The translations under genes were made by a program, and so were the position numbers. This document shows, piece after piece, positions 17,804 through 26,805 of a stretch of DNA of 29,929 bases. The DNA lies in assembly GCA_050125095.1 (NCBI GenBank), contig JASFEA010000019.1, positions 1-29,929 on the forward strand. The letters run 5' to 3'. The number at the start of each line of letters is the position of its first letter. The stretch's first letter is position 1. This DNA comes from a bacterium. Lineage in GTDB: Bacteria > Arandabacterota > Arandabacteria > Arandabacterales > JALGWA01. The notes under the pieces were generated by a model. The model made no database searches. It was given only the letters and a program-made list of their open reading frames with translations, and had not been told where the DNA came from.

Positions 17804-19012
17804 TCAGCCTGCGTCCGTATCTATCCTTTTAAGAAGCTGGGCAGCCATGTCTTCGTACTCAGGAAAGGTTGCAGCTTTCATGAGGTATCCAGACGCGTCT
17901 TCAACTCTGCCCAGCTGTATTGCGCAGTAACCCATTACGAGATAGCCCCTGCCATAGTCTTTGTCGAGCCTGATACAATTCTCAAACGCGGCATAGGATT
18001 CCCGGTAGTTCTTCTCCATGAAGTGAAGGTCCCCCAGCAGAGACCAGAGTCTTACGGTCTCGTTCTCCTCGAGAGCCCCCCTGATAGTCTCATATGCCTT
18101 CTCGCTTTCATGTGCCGCGAGGTAGGCCGACGCAAGCCGCTCGAAGTCCCCCGGCGAACTCGAATCGGCTATGGCCCTCTCGTAGTAGCGCGCCGCGACG
18201 AAAGGCGCTTCTACCGCGTTATAGAGGTCTCCGAGCTGAAGGGTCTCCTCGCGCGTCAACGGGAACAGGTAGCCTTTGACCGTGAGCGTGACGGCCGCGG
18301 CGCGATAGTCGCTGATGCTGGCTGCATACTGGAAGGCCAGCGTCCACGCTTCCGGCGTGTCGCCGAAATCCTCAAGCAGGGCGTCGACAGCCGCCCGTCC
18401 CCGGTCCTGATCCCCCAGGTCAACGCAGGCGGCAATGAGAGCCCGGTACCAGTCCAACTTCGGCGTCCCGAATTCCCCCGATACGAGCCGCTCCATATTG
18501 CCCACCGCCGAGGCCGGGTCCCCGGCCATCATATACGCAGCAGCCGCATAGAAGAGCGCGTGTGGCCTCTTGTCTTCGCTGGTCTCGAATCCCCTTGTGA
18601 TGGCACGGGCGGCGAGGTCGTAGCGTTCGGTGTTGTAGGCAAGCTCGCCGAGATTCAGCCATCCCTGGCTGAACCTGTCTTCCATGTCCACGGACTTCTG
18701 GTAATGGACTATTGCTTCCTCATACCTGCCCTCCTGGCTCAGGCTGTTGGCCAGATGGAATCTCAGGAGGAAGTGGTCCTTGTCCGGATGCCCGTTGAGG
18801 CAACCAAGCAGGATCTCGGTTGAGCGCTCCACATTTCCCCTCTGCCGCTCCTCCTGCGCCCTGAACATGGCAAGCCGCGTCGATTTCGGAACATCGGCCA
18901 GGGTGTCAATCTCCCCGTCCTTCTCCCCACCCGCGCCGTCTGAGGACAGGGATAGCAGGAGCGCCACGAGCATCAATGCGCTTATCATAATCCAGAGTTT
19001 GGAGCTATCCAT
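17804..19012 (-). CDS. Periplasmic TPR protein of the TonB energizer (TtpD-like)
   Basis: N-terminal hydrophobic segment; multiple TPRs (LANSLSQEGRYEEAIVHYQKSV, WSLLGDLHFMEKNYRESYAAF); directly after tonB. Confidence 0.85.
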   Translation of the reverse strand: MDSSKLWIMISALMLVALLLSLSSDGAGGEKDGEIDTLADVPKSTRLAMFRAQEERQRGNVERSTEILLGCLNGHPDKDHFLLRFHLANSLSQEGRYEEAIVHYQKSVDMEDRFSQGWLNLGELAYNTERYDLAARAITRGFETSEDKRPHALFYAAAAYMMAGDPASAVGNMERLVSGEFGTPKLDWYRALIAACVDLGDQDRGRAAVDALLEDFGDTPEAWTLAFQYAASISDYRAAAVTLTVKGYLFPLTREETLQLGDLYNAVEAPFVAARYYERAIADSSSPGDFERLASAYLAAHESEKAYETIRGALEENETVRLWSLLGDLHFMEKNYRESYAAFENCIRLDKDYGRGYLVMGYCAIQLGRVEDASGYLMKAATFPEYEDMAAQLLKRIDTDAG

Positions 19013-19040
19013 ACCTTCTTTCTCCATAAGGCATGCCGCC

Positions 19041-19652
19041 TTAGAGCTCAAATCTCACCGTCGTCACAACCCAGGCCGTCACGGGCTCCCCGTCGATTTT
19101 GCCGGGGCGGAACTTCCATTGCGGGACGGCTTTGAGCACGGCTTCTTCGAATACGTCTCTCGGTCTCGCCTCGAGTATCAGCACCTCGCCGACGGTGCCG
19201 TCGGTATTGACGAGCATTTTGATCTGCACTTCCCCTTCGGTTCCGCGCTCCCGCGCCTTGTAAGGGTAAACGGGTGGAACGCGCATGACGACCTGCGGCG
19301 GCTGGTCGAGCTCATAGGCTTCGAACACGAACTCCTCCGCCGCGTCCCCGGCGCTGGCACCACCGAAGCTTATGGCCACCCCGAGATCGAACATGTCCTG
19401 CCCGCGGCTCAAGTCCGGGCGGAAGAGGTCGGGTTGGAAATCCGTCTCTTCCTCGGGCTTGGGCTTGTCGGGTTCTTTAAGCTGGTCCTGAGGAGCGACT
19501 TCGGGCACCTCGAGTTTCACCAGGCTGATGGCTATCGGGTCGGTAAGGTCCTGCGGAGGCTTGCGCTCGCTTGAGAGAAGCGATATAAGGCCGAGAAGGC
19601 TGAAGTTGACCGCAAGCGAGACCGCTACGGCCCATACGGGGACCCTCGACAT
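19041..19652 (-). CDS. tonB: Energy transducer TonB
   Basis: N-terminal TM, Pro/Glu/Lys linker, PPVYPYKARERGTEGEV, WKFRPGKIDGEPV TonB_C domain. Confidence 0.93.
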   Translation of the reverse strand: MSRVPVWAVAVSLAVNFSLLGLISLLSSERKPPQDLTDPIAISLVKLEVPEVAPQDQLKEPDKPKPEEETDFQPDLFRPDLSRGQDMFDLGVAISFGGASAGDAAEEFVFEAYELDQPPQVVMRVPPVYPYKARERGTEGEVQIKMLVNTDGTVGEVLILEARPRDVFEEAVLKAVPQWKFRPGKIDGEPVTAWVVTTVRFEL

Positions 19653-19654
19653 CA

Positions 19655-20074
19655 CTAGGCTTCTTCCTCCCTTTTCGCCGCCAGGCTTACGTTCCTGGCC
19701 CCCGCGAGGCGGCACTGGTCCATCACCTGGACTATGGACCCGGTCTCACTTCGCTTGTCGGCGACTATGACTACGCCGCTCTCGGGGTCCTCGGCCAGGG
19801 CGCGCTCGATAAGGGGGCGCACGCTGCGGATGTCTATTCTCTTACCCTCGAAGTAGATGTCACCTTCGGGGGTCACACCGATGAGTATATTGCCGCGCTC
19901 TTTGACTTCGGCGGTGGCCGCCGTGGACCTCTGTACGTCTATGCCTGATTCCTTCACGAAGCTCGTCGTGACGACGAAGAAGATGAGCAGTAGAAAGACC
20001 ATATCGATGAGAGGTCCCATGTTGATCTGCACACCTTTGTCCTGTCCCCTGAGCGTCATTCTCACGTTTATCAT
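19655..20074 (-). CDS. exbD: ExbD
   Basis: INMGPLIDMVFLLLIFFVVTTSF TM with conserved Asp; VVIVADK, VQVMDQCRLAG. Confidence 0.95.
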   Translation of the reverse strand: MINVRMTLRGQDKGVQINMGPLIDMVFLLLIFFVVTTSFVKESGIDVQRSTAATAEVKERGNILIGVTPEGDIYFEGKRIDIRSVRPLIERALAEDPESGVVIVADKRSETGSIVQVMDQCRLAGARNVSLAAKREEEA

Positions 20075-20697
20075 TACATTTCACCTTTCCTGCCCGGCGC
20101 CCGCTTGACTATCCTGTCGAGCACTGTGGTAACCTCATCAAGCCTCAGGCCAAGCTGATGCGCCCGGCGCGTGAGTACTCCGCTCAGGAACAGGCCGGGG
20201 ATGGCCACTATAAGGCCGGTCTGGGTCGTGATAAGAGCCACCGATATGCCGCCGGCCATGGCCTTGGCGTTACCGGTGCCGAAGAAGGATATGACATCGA
20301 AGGTCTCAATCATGCCGAGCACGGTTCCGAGCAGGCCCAGAAGCGGCGCGACCGCGGCGAGCACCGCGATCGCGGCGAGATTCTGGCTCAGCGCCGGCCG
20401 CTGCCTGAGGGCGCATTGCCTCAGGATTTCCCTGTCAAGCGAGGGGTCTCCCGAGCGCTGGTTCATGAAAGACTTGACCAGATCGGCCCGCAACCCGTCC
20501 ACGTATATGTTCACCTCATGCCCCTGCACGGCTCTTATGGCGAGCTCCGTGGTGATGTCGTCATGCGTCATAAGCCGGAAGGTCCTGAGTCGTTCGGCGA
20601 TCAGAGTCCACATCACGAGAGAACACAGTAGAAGCGGAACCATGACCCATCCGCCTCTCAGCAGGTAGTCATATGATTCCTGCAAGACCTCTATCAT
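20074..20697 (-). CDS. exbB: ExbB (short MotA/TolQ/ExbB proton channel)
   Basis: APLLGLLGTVLGMI, GISVALITTQTGLIVAIP; start MIEVLQ at 20697 overlaps the upstream stop. Confidence 0.92.
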   Translation of the reverse strand: MIEVLQESYDYLLRGGWVMVPLLLCSLVMWTLIAERLRTFRLMTHDDITTELAIRAVQGHEVNIYVDGLRADLVKSFMNQRSGDPSLDREILRQCALRQRPALSQNLAAIAVLAAVAPLLGLLGTVLGMIETFDVISFFGTGNAKAMAGGISVALITTQTGLIVAIPGLFLSGVLTRRAHQLGLRLDEVTTVLDRIVKRAPGRKGEM

Positions 20698-22145
20698 GCG
20701 GCCATCCTCTCCTTCTCTCCGGCACACTCGAGGTCGAGCGACGAACCGTTGTGCCTGCGGTCCTTCTGCATGATGTTTGTGAGCGACACCGCCTTCTCTT
20801 CCATTTCGCCGATGATATGGTCCACGCGTCTCTGGAGGAACGTGTGAACCAGCATTATGGGAATCGCGACTGCAAGACCGAGCTCCGTAGTAACCAGGGC
20901 CTCGCTGATGCCGCCCGACATCAACTTGGGATCGCCCGTGCCGAACAGAGTTATCACACGGAAGGTCTCAATCATGCCGGTTACTGTCCCGAGAAGCCCT
21001 AAGAGCGGCGCTACCGCTCCGAAGATGGCAAGGGGCGATAGCCCCCGCTCCAGCCTCGGAATCTCCCTGAGGATGGCCTCCTGGAGAATGCTCTCCTGGG
21101 TTTCGCGATCTTCACATCTCGCCGTCAGTCCCGCTTCGATAACATGGTTGACCGGCGAGTGTTCGCCCTTGTGTCGCCGGACGATCGCCTCGCACTCTTC
21201 CCAGTTGCCCTCCGCGGCAAGCCTGTTGACCCGCGTCATGTATTTACCGGTGTTCCGCCTGACCTTGCCGAGGAAGATGATCTTGTTCACGACTATCACC
21301 AGCGCCGCAACAGCTATGGCGAGTATGGGATATACGATGGGGCCGCCGGCCCTGAGCTGCTCGGTTAAGCTCGTCTTGTGAGTTATCTGGCGAAGCGCGG
21401 CGCCGCCCGAAAGGTCTATGGGGGCCGAATCGGACTCTCCTTCAATATAGTTCCTGATCTGTCCCCGCACCCTGCGTGAGGGCAGCGCGGACATTGCATA
21501 AAAACGCCGCCCGGCCGGGGAGTAGTTCAAGAATCCTATCTCTCCGCCCTCTCTGTAGGCGCTCGTGAACCTGCCAAGCGTAAGCACGGTGCCGGCGTGG
21601 TCCTCGCCGTCACGCCCCACGTATTCCGCTTCTACAATCCCCACCTCGCCGGCTAGGCGCATTTCGGAAAAGAAAACCTCGGCCATCGCGGAGATGTCGT
21701 CAATATCCGGGAAATAACCCTGCTCGAGCAGGCGCTGCACCAAGTCCAGCCTCCCGGGCTCCAGAGCCGTCATCGGAGACTGCTGGAGCATGGTCTCGAG
21801 GTCACGCGCAACGACGCGCACATTGCCCGAGATTTCCTTGAAATCGAGCTCCCGCCTTGCCCACTTTTCCTCGAGCCGCTCGAGGCTGAGCTCGTAATCG
21901 GCGACCTGCCGTTCCAGCCGGTCGACCTCCGCCTCGAGCTCTCTCTCCTCGGCCTCCAGCCTTTCGACCTCTGCAATAAGCTTGTCCTGGTCCGCCAGTA
22001 TCCCGGCTTCGACTTCCTCGGCCCTTCGAAGAGCTTCGGCTCGGTCCTCCTCCGCCTTCCGGGCGGCTTCGCGCACATCCTCGGCGGCCGCAAGAGAGAA
22101 CGAGAGAATCAGAGTCATCACGCAGAGTACTATCGCTCTTGTCAT
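20694..22145 (-). CDS. Long MotA/TolQ/ExbB protein with periplasmic coiled-coil N-terminus (TtpC-like)
   Basis: Start MTRAIV at 22145; signal peptide, coiled coil, PIDLSGG, then APLLGLLGTVTGMI and GGISEALVTTELGLAVAIP. Confidence 0.88.
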   Translation of the reverse strand: MTRAIVLCVMTLILSFSLAAAEDVREAARKAEEDRAEALRRAEEVEAGILADQDKLIAEVERLEAEERELEAEVDRLERQVADYELSLERLEEKWARRELDFKEISGNVRVVARDLETMLQQSPMTALEPGRLDLVQRLLEQGYFPDIDDISAMAEVFFSEMRLAGEVGIVEAEYVGRDGEDHAGTVLTLGRFTSAYREGGEIGFLNYSPAGRRFYAMSALPSRRVRGQIRNYIEGESDSAPIDLSGGAALRQITHKTSLTEQLRAGGPIVYPILAIAVAALVIVVNKIIFLGKVRRNTGKYMTRVNRLAAEGNWEECEAIVRRHKGEHSPVNHVIEAGLTARCEDRETQESILQEAILREIPRLERGLSPLAIFGAVAPLLGLLGTVTGMIETFRVITLFGTGDPKLMSGGISEALVTTELGLAVAIPIMLVHTFLQRRVDHIIGEMEEKAVSLTNIMQKDRRHNGSSLDLECAGEKERMAA

Positions 22146-22897
22146 TGGCTGATCCTCCCCAGGGGCAGCGATAAGAGCTCGACCGGCCTTATCCTTGCCG
22201 CCATGTCCATGGCCTCCGAAATCGATCGCGAGTACTTCCCCGGGAGCTCCGACCACTCTGCGGCGGCCCGGTCATACTCCCCTACCGTCGCCCCGTCCGG
22301 GGTCCTCCAGAAGGCTGACACTCTTCCAATCCTCAGCACATCCACGAAGAGCGTGTCTCCTCCCACGGGGACACGTTCCTGATCGACCTCGACGGCGGCT
22401 CCATAACCCGCCTCGATCTGCAGGGCCTCCAGGACCGCCTTGAGCTTGTCGGCCCCCGACAGGTCGGGCTTGGCCAGCTCCTTTTTCACATAGGCGACCC
22501 GCCCCTCCCTTTCATCCAACAGAAACGGGATATCTCTCTGAACCCAGTCCTCCAGCCTGAAGGCAATAGCGTTCAAGGTGTCGACCAGGCTATCTTCCAG
22601 GCGTTCCGACTCCTCCAGACGCCTCACGAGCTCGGCGATTCCCTCCTCCAGGGCAGCCACCCTTTTCTCGTCAACCGATTTGCGGTCGCGGAGGTATTCC
22701 ACATTGGCTTTGGCGCTGCGGTAGCGCATCTCGAGTTCGGATCTTTCGGCGGCCCAGTCGTCCTGCTTTCTCTGAGTCTCCTGGTGGATCTGCACCGTCC
22801 CGTCCACCTCGTCACGGAGATCCTCAGACGCCGACCTGGCCACAAGCGGCAGGGCGGCCACCACCACAAGCAACAAAAGGGATACATTTCTGAGCAT
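22142..22897 (-). CDS. DUF3450-family protein (TtpB-like)
   Basis: Signal peptide, coiled coil, DIPFLLDER, LEALQIEAGYG, VLRIGRV; first gene of the ttpC-exbB-exbD-tonB-TPR operon. Confidence 0.85.
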   Translation of the reverse strand: MLRNVSLLLLVVVAALPLVARSASEDLRDEVDGTVQIHQETQRKQDDWAAERSELEMRYRSAKANVEYLRDRKSVDEKRVAALEEGIAELVRRLEESERLEDSLVDTLNAIAFRLEDWVQRDIPFLLDEREGRVAYVKKELAKPDLSGADKLKAVLEALQIEAGYGAAVEVDQERVPVGGDTLFVDVLRIGRVSAFWRTPDGATVGEYDRAAAEWSELPGKYSRSISEAMDMAARIRPVELLSLPLGRISQ

Positions 22898-23064
22898 TAA
22901 GACTTCCTCTCATCTATGAGGCCGGCTTGCCACACCGCCTCGGGCGACTCCCTCGCGTCGCCGCGGACACCGGCACATCGAGAGTCCGGGCGACAGCCAT
23001 CTGGTTGGTTGTTTCCCTCGTTTAAAGACATGGATTGATAGACGCGTTCATAGTGAACGCGAGA

Positions 23065-23118
23065 ATTGTACCCGGGGGGAGTTAAGTTATTATGAACGTT
23101 ATGTTAAGAAATCGTGAA
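23065..23118 (-). promoter_or_regulatory. Pho-box promoter of the TonB energizer operon
   Basis: Minus-strand TTCAC(23118), TTAAC(23107), TTCAT(23096), TTAAC(23085) at 11-bp period, then 10 nt, then TACAAT (23070-23065). Confidence 0.82.
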
Positions 23119-23166
23119 TTCGTATCCGCGTTCATGCCGGCGACCCGGGAGCCGAGCCGGTACCCC

Positions 23167-23231
23167 GTCACAGTGAATTAACACCTTCTTAACCGTCGCT
23201 TCATACTCCCCTAACACACCTTCGTTACAAT
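23167..23231 (+). promoter_or_regulatory. Pho-box promoter of the TonB-dependent receptor operon
   Basis: GTCAC(23167), TTAAC(23178), TTAAC(23189), TTCAT(23200), CTAAC(23211) at 11-bp period, then 10 nt, then TACAAT (23226-23231). Confidence 0.82.
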
Positions 23232-23357
23232 TTCCGCGAGCTCTAAGTTGGGGATATGCAAATACGATGACAGACAGAGTGATTCCCGAAAGAGAAGGAG
23301 CTCTTAAAAGAATGGAGTCGATTCATAGGTTCCTGGAGGAGGGACAGGAGATTCACT

Positions 23358-26072
23358 ATGAAAACTCTCACGCTGACTTTGCTGTTTCTGTTGGCCGCGT
23401 TTATCGCGACATGTGCCTCGGGGGAAACCGGAACGCTGTACGGTTCGGTCCACGATCTCAAGTCCGGCGAGAGGATCTCCGGGGCGAATGTACTCGTGGT
23501 CGGGACGACAAATGGAACATCAACAAATCTCGACGGCGATTTTGAGATCAAAGGCATCTCACCGGGGACCTACGACATCAGGGTGACGTCGATGGGTTTT
23601 AACACGAAGGTGATCTCACAGACGGAAATAACTTCCGGAAACCCGGTCAGGGTCGATGCGGGACTCACGCCCATAAGCCTTGATGACGCATACACGATCG
23701 AGGAGATGGTCGTCTCGGCCGAACGCATCCTCTCGACAGGCTACGCGGTGCTCGCCCAGCGGAAGCAGGCGGCGACGATAGGTGACGCCATCAGCGCAGA
23801 GCAGATCTCAAGGTCGCCGGACGGGACTTCGGGGGACGCGCTCAAGCGGGTCACGGGACTCTCGGTGGTCGACAACAAGTACGTCTTTGTCAGGGGAGTG
23901 ACGGACAGATACAATGCGACCGCCATTAACGGTGTGGCGGTAAGCAGTACGGATACCGACGCCGACAAGAAGAGCTTTTCCTACGATCTTATCCCGGCCA
24001 GTCTCCTTGCCAACACGGTCGTCGTAAAGACGGCCACGCCAGACCAGCCCGGGGATTTCACAGGCGGACTGGTCCAGGTGAATACCATGGAGTTTCCCCC
24101 GAATCTCGTTCTCAACTTCGGTTTGTCGCCGTCCATATACGCCAGCACTACCAATACCACGGTGCGGGCGTCACAGGGGGGCGGCAAGGATTGGACGGGC
24201 AGGGACGACGGTTCAAGGGCGCTGCCGGAGGGACTGACAGGCGACGAGCTCGCGAAGGCACTGCCGAACACGTGGATGACCCGCGATAAGCGGGCACCCT
24301 ATAATCGCTCATTTAATCTCTCGGTAGGCAACCGGGCCCTCGCGGGTCTCCACGAATTCGGGTTCATCGGCGCGCTTTCGTATAAGAGCAAGGATGTATC
24401 GTCTGTCTGGAAGAGGAAATCATCGCTCCCGTTCATCGATGTCGGCGGGGAGAGTTTCAGATACAACGTGCTCTGGGGCGCCATACTCAATTTCAACTAC
24501 CGGCCGTCATACGCACATAAATTCAGCTTCCAGAACAACTATACACAGGCTGCCGAAGACAAGGTCCACTTAGCCGAGGGGCTCGGCGAGAACGGCTACA
24601 TTCGCAGGCAGACTATCGAGTGGGACGAGCGGTCGCTCTTCGTGACCCAGCTCAATGGCGAGCACAATGTGGACCTCGCCGACGCCGAGTTGGAGTGGCA
24701 GGCATACTATTCGACGTCCAATGCCAAGGAGCCGGACCGGAAGAACATCGAGTACCAGGAAGGGGCCTCAGGCGAATTCGCAATGATCGAAAACTACCGC
24801 AGCTGGAGCGCCCTCGATGAGCGCGGCTACGGAGCGGAATTCAATCTTACCATCCCCATAGAACGGTCAAGGTTCAAGTTTGGCTATCACCACAAGTACA
24901 GGAAGCGCGAATTCGATATCGCAGTCTACCATTCCGACCAGAGCAAGCTGCACTGGAGCAACTGGCACCTGGTGCTGCTGCCGCTCGATGAGATATTCCT
25001 GCCCGATAACTACGGCGCAGGCAAATTTAGATTCCTTCCCATGACCCAGTACACAGGGGCGTACGACGGAAGGCATCGGATCAACGCGTTCTACGGAATG
25101 GCAGACGTTCCGTTTACTCTTCTCGGCCAGAGATTCCGCGCGGCCGGCGGGTTGCGGATAGAGGACTCCAACCAGATCGTCGACGGCGAGACAGCCGATC
25201 CGTTGAAACCATTCACGACCGCAACGGTGAACAAGACCGACATGCTGCCGTCCGCCAACCTGACGTATGCCGTGAACGACATAACCAATTTTCGGCTGGC
25301 CTTCTCCCATTCGGTGAACCGGCCGGAGTTCAGGGAGATGGCCGACGTCAAGTACTACGACTTCAATGAATTCCAGAACGTTAACGGCAATCCCAAACTT
25401 AAGAGGGCGTTCATCCGAAACTACGATATGAGACTCGAGGTATTCCCCGGGCCGGCCGAGGTGCTCGCAATCAGCTACTTCTACAAGGACCTCGAGGACG
25501 CGATAGAAATCCGGCTCATCCCCGAGCCCACCCGGTTTGTGCGTACCTGGTTTAACTCGCCCAACGGCAAGAACCACGGCTACGAGATCGAGGTTCGCAA
25601 GAGTCTCGGCTTCCTGACGGGATTTCTCAACGACATCATGATCACAATGAACTACACCCGCGTAACATCTGAAATCGAGTACGTCGACAAGAAGACGGCA
25701 CCGGACGGCAGCCACATCATCCGCACGCTGACGAGGCCGATGCAGGGGCAGTCGCCGTGGATGATGAACGCCGGCGTCATGGTCACGGCCCCTTATACGG
25801 GAACCACTTTCAACATCCTCTACAACAAGATAGGAAGGCGCCTGGTATCCGTCGGTGACTCCAGATACGAAGACGTCTACGAGGAGCCGCGCAACGTGGT
25901 CGACATCGCGATTACTCATAGGATCAGCGCTTGGCTGGGCGCCAAGTTCACGGTGCAGGACCTCACTGCGGACGACCTGGTACATACCATGGGGCCCGCG
26001 GATTTCAGTGGGCCCCATTCGAAGATAAGCAGGAGCTCGACTTACGGGCTTTCGCTGTCTTTCAAGTTATAG
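23358..26072 (+). CDS. TonB-dependent receptor with N-terminal carboxypeptidase-regulatory-like domain
   Basis: Signal peptide; GTLYGSVHD...GTSTNLDGDFEI; plug ALKRVTGLSV, FVRGVTDRYN; barrel motifs LPSANL, VNRPEFREMA, GNPKLK, RPMQGQSP. Confidence 0.93.
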   Translation: MKTLTLTLLFLLAAFIATCASGETGTLYGSVHDLKSGERISGANVLVVGTTNGTSTNLDGDFEIKGISPGTYDIRVTSMGFNTKVISQTEITSGNPVRVDAGLTPISLDDAYTIEEMVVSAERILSTGYAVLAQRKQAATIGDAISAEQISRSPDGTSGDALKRVTGLSVVDNKYVFVRGVTDRYNATAINGVAVSSTDTDADKKSFSYDLIPASLLANTVVVKTATPDQPGDFTGGLVQVNTMEFPPNLVLNFGLSPSIYASTTNTTVRASQGGGKDWTGRDDGSRALPEGLTGDELAKALPNTWMTRDKRAPYNRSFNLSVGNRALAGLHEFGFIGALSYKSKDVSSVWKRKSSLPFIDVGGESFRYNVLWGAILNFNYRPSYAHKFSFQNNYTQAAEDKVHLAEGLGENGYIRRQTIEWDERSLFVTQLNGEHNVDLADAELEWQAYYSTSNAKEPDRKNIEYQEGASGEFAMIENYRSWSALDERGYGAEFNLTIPIERSRFKFGYHHKYRKREFDIAVYHSDQSKLHWSNWHLVLLPLDEIFLPDNYGAGKFRFLPMTQYTGAYDGRHRINAFYGMADVPFTLLGQRFRAAGGLRIEDSNQIVDGETADPLKPFTTATVNKTDMLPSANLTYAVNDITNFRLAFSHSVNRPEFREMADVKYYDFNEFQNVNGNPKLKRAFIRNYDMRLEVFPGPAEVLAISYFYKDLEDAIEIRLIPEPTRFVRTWFNSPNGKNHGYEIEVRKSLGFLTGFLNDIMITMNYTRVTSEIEYVDKKTAPDGSHIIRTLTRPMQGQSPWMMNAGVMVTAPYTGTTFNILYNKIGRRLVSVGDSRYEDVYEEPRNVVDIAITHRISAWLGAKFTVQDLTADDLVHTMGPADFSGPHSKISRSSTYGLSLSFKL

Positions 26073-26180
26073 GAGGTGGGGCGCAGCTTGCCGGTAACGT
26101 TATCGAAGGGAGGTGATGCTTTAAGGCAAGAAGATGCTCATGGGGCTATTTTCAGTGAAGGAATTCCAGGAGGAAAACTA

Positions 26181-26768
26181 ATGATCAAGAGACTGTTTAT
26201 CGCATGCATAGGCGCTGCCGTGCTGCTGTCGGCAGGAATGGCGGCGGCAGGTGTGCCCTGTGCCGGCACTTCGGAGTGCAACGTATCTGTGGCGCATTTT
26301 GACCCCACAGTCGTTTGCGGCGGTACCGAGGGTTATTTCTGTCCCCTGGGCGACCAGGACACGGTGCATGTCGCTGTAGTGATCAGGGACTGCTACGGCA
26401 ACACGCTTGCCGGCAGGGACGTCACGATTGACCCGCCCGCTTCTGGTTTCTTCTTCTGCGAGGCGTCCAAGCAGGTCACGACGGATGCTCTGGGAGAGGC
26501 GTCTACATTCTTCACTCAGTTCGGCGGCTGCGGCTTCCTGCAGATGACCGCGACGAGTGAAGGCGTGTCGATCCTGGGCAACCTGGTTTACGCAGCCAAC
26601 GTCGACTGTCTGGCCCCGGCCAGCGGCGACGTGACTCTGGGTGACTTCGCCCAGTTCGCTGCGTACTACAACTCGACCGAGGCCTGCGTCGATTACGACT
26701 GCAGCGGTCTGGTCGCGCTGGGTGACTTCGCCAGGTTCGCGGCGCACTACGATCACAGTTGTCCGTAG
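26181..26768 (+). CDS. Secreted Cys-rich Ig-like protein with C-terminal dockerin-like double EF-hand
   Basis: ATG 26181 with AGGAGG RBS; signal peptide; 11 Cys in the mature part; VVIRDCYGN Ig-like strand; paired SGDVTLGDFAQFAAYY / SGLVALGDFARFAAHY. Confidence 0.75.
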   Translation: MIKRLFIACIGAAVLLSAGMAAAGVPCAGTSECNVSVAHFDPTVVCGGTEGYFCPLGDQDTVHVAVVIRDCYGNTLAGRDVTIDPPASGFFFCEASKQVTTDALGEASTFFTQFGGCGFLQMTATSEGVSILGNLVYAANVDCLAPASGDVTLGDFAQFAAYYNSTEACVDYDCSGLVALGDFARFAAHYDHSCP

Positions 26769-26805
26769 GCGAAGCACAACAGCATATATCCGAGGAGGAG
26801 ACAAA

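Noticed and set aside
22914-23000. 28-aa leader ORF (MAVARTLD...) upstream of the DUF3450 gene
   Set aside because: SD-like sequence is poorly spaced and the composition is unremarkable.
23081-23215. Short periodic repeats as CRISPR or replication iterons
   Set aside because: Units are 5-bp cores at 11-bp period tied to -10 elements; no spacers, cas or rep genes.
23232-23545. 92-aa ORF, or a c-di-GMP/cobalamin riboswitch, in the receptor leader
   Set aside because: The ORF overlaps the receptor out of frame by ~190 nt; no riboswitch consensus is present.
24867-26018. 383-aa minus-strand ORF
   Set aside because: Antisense shadow of the TonB-dependent receptor.
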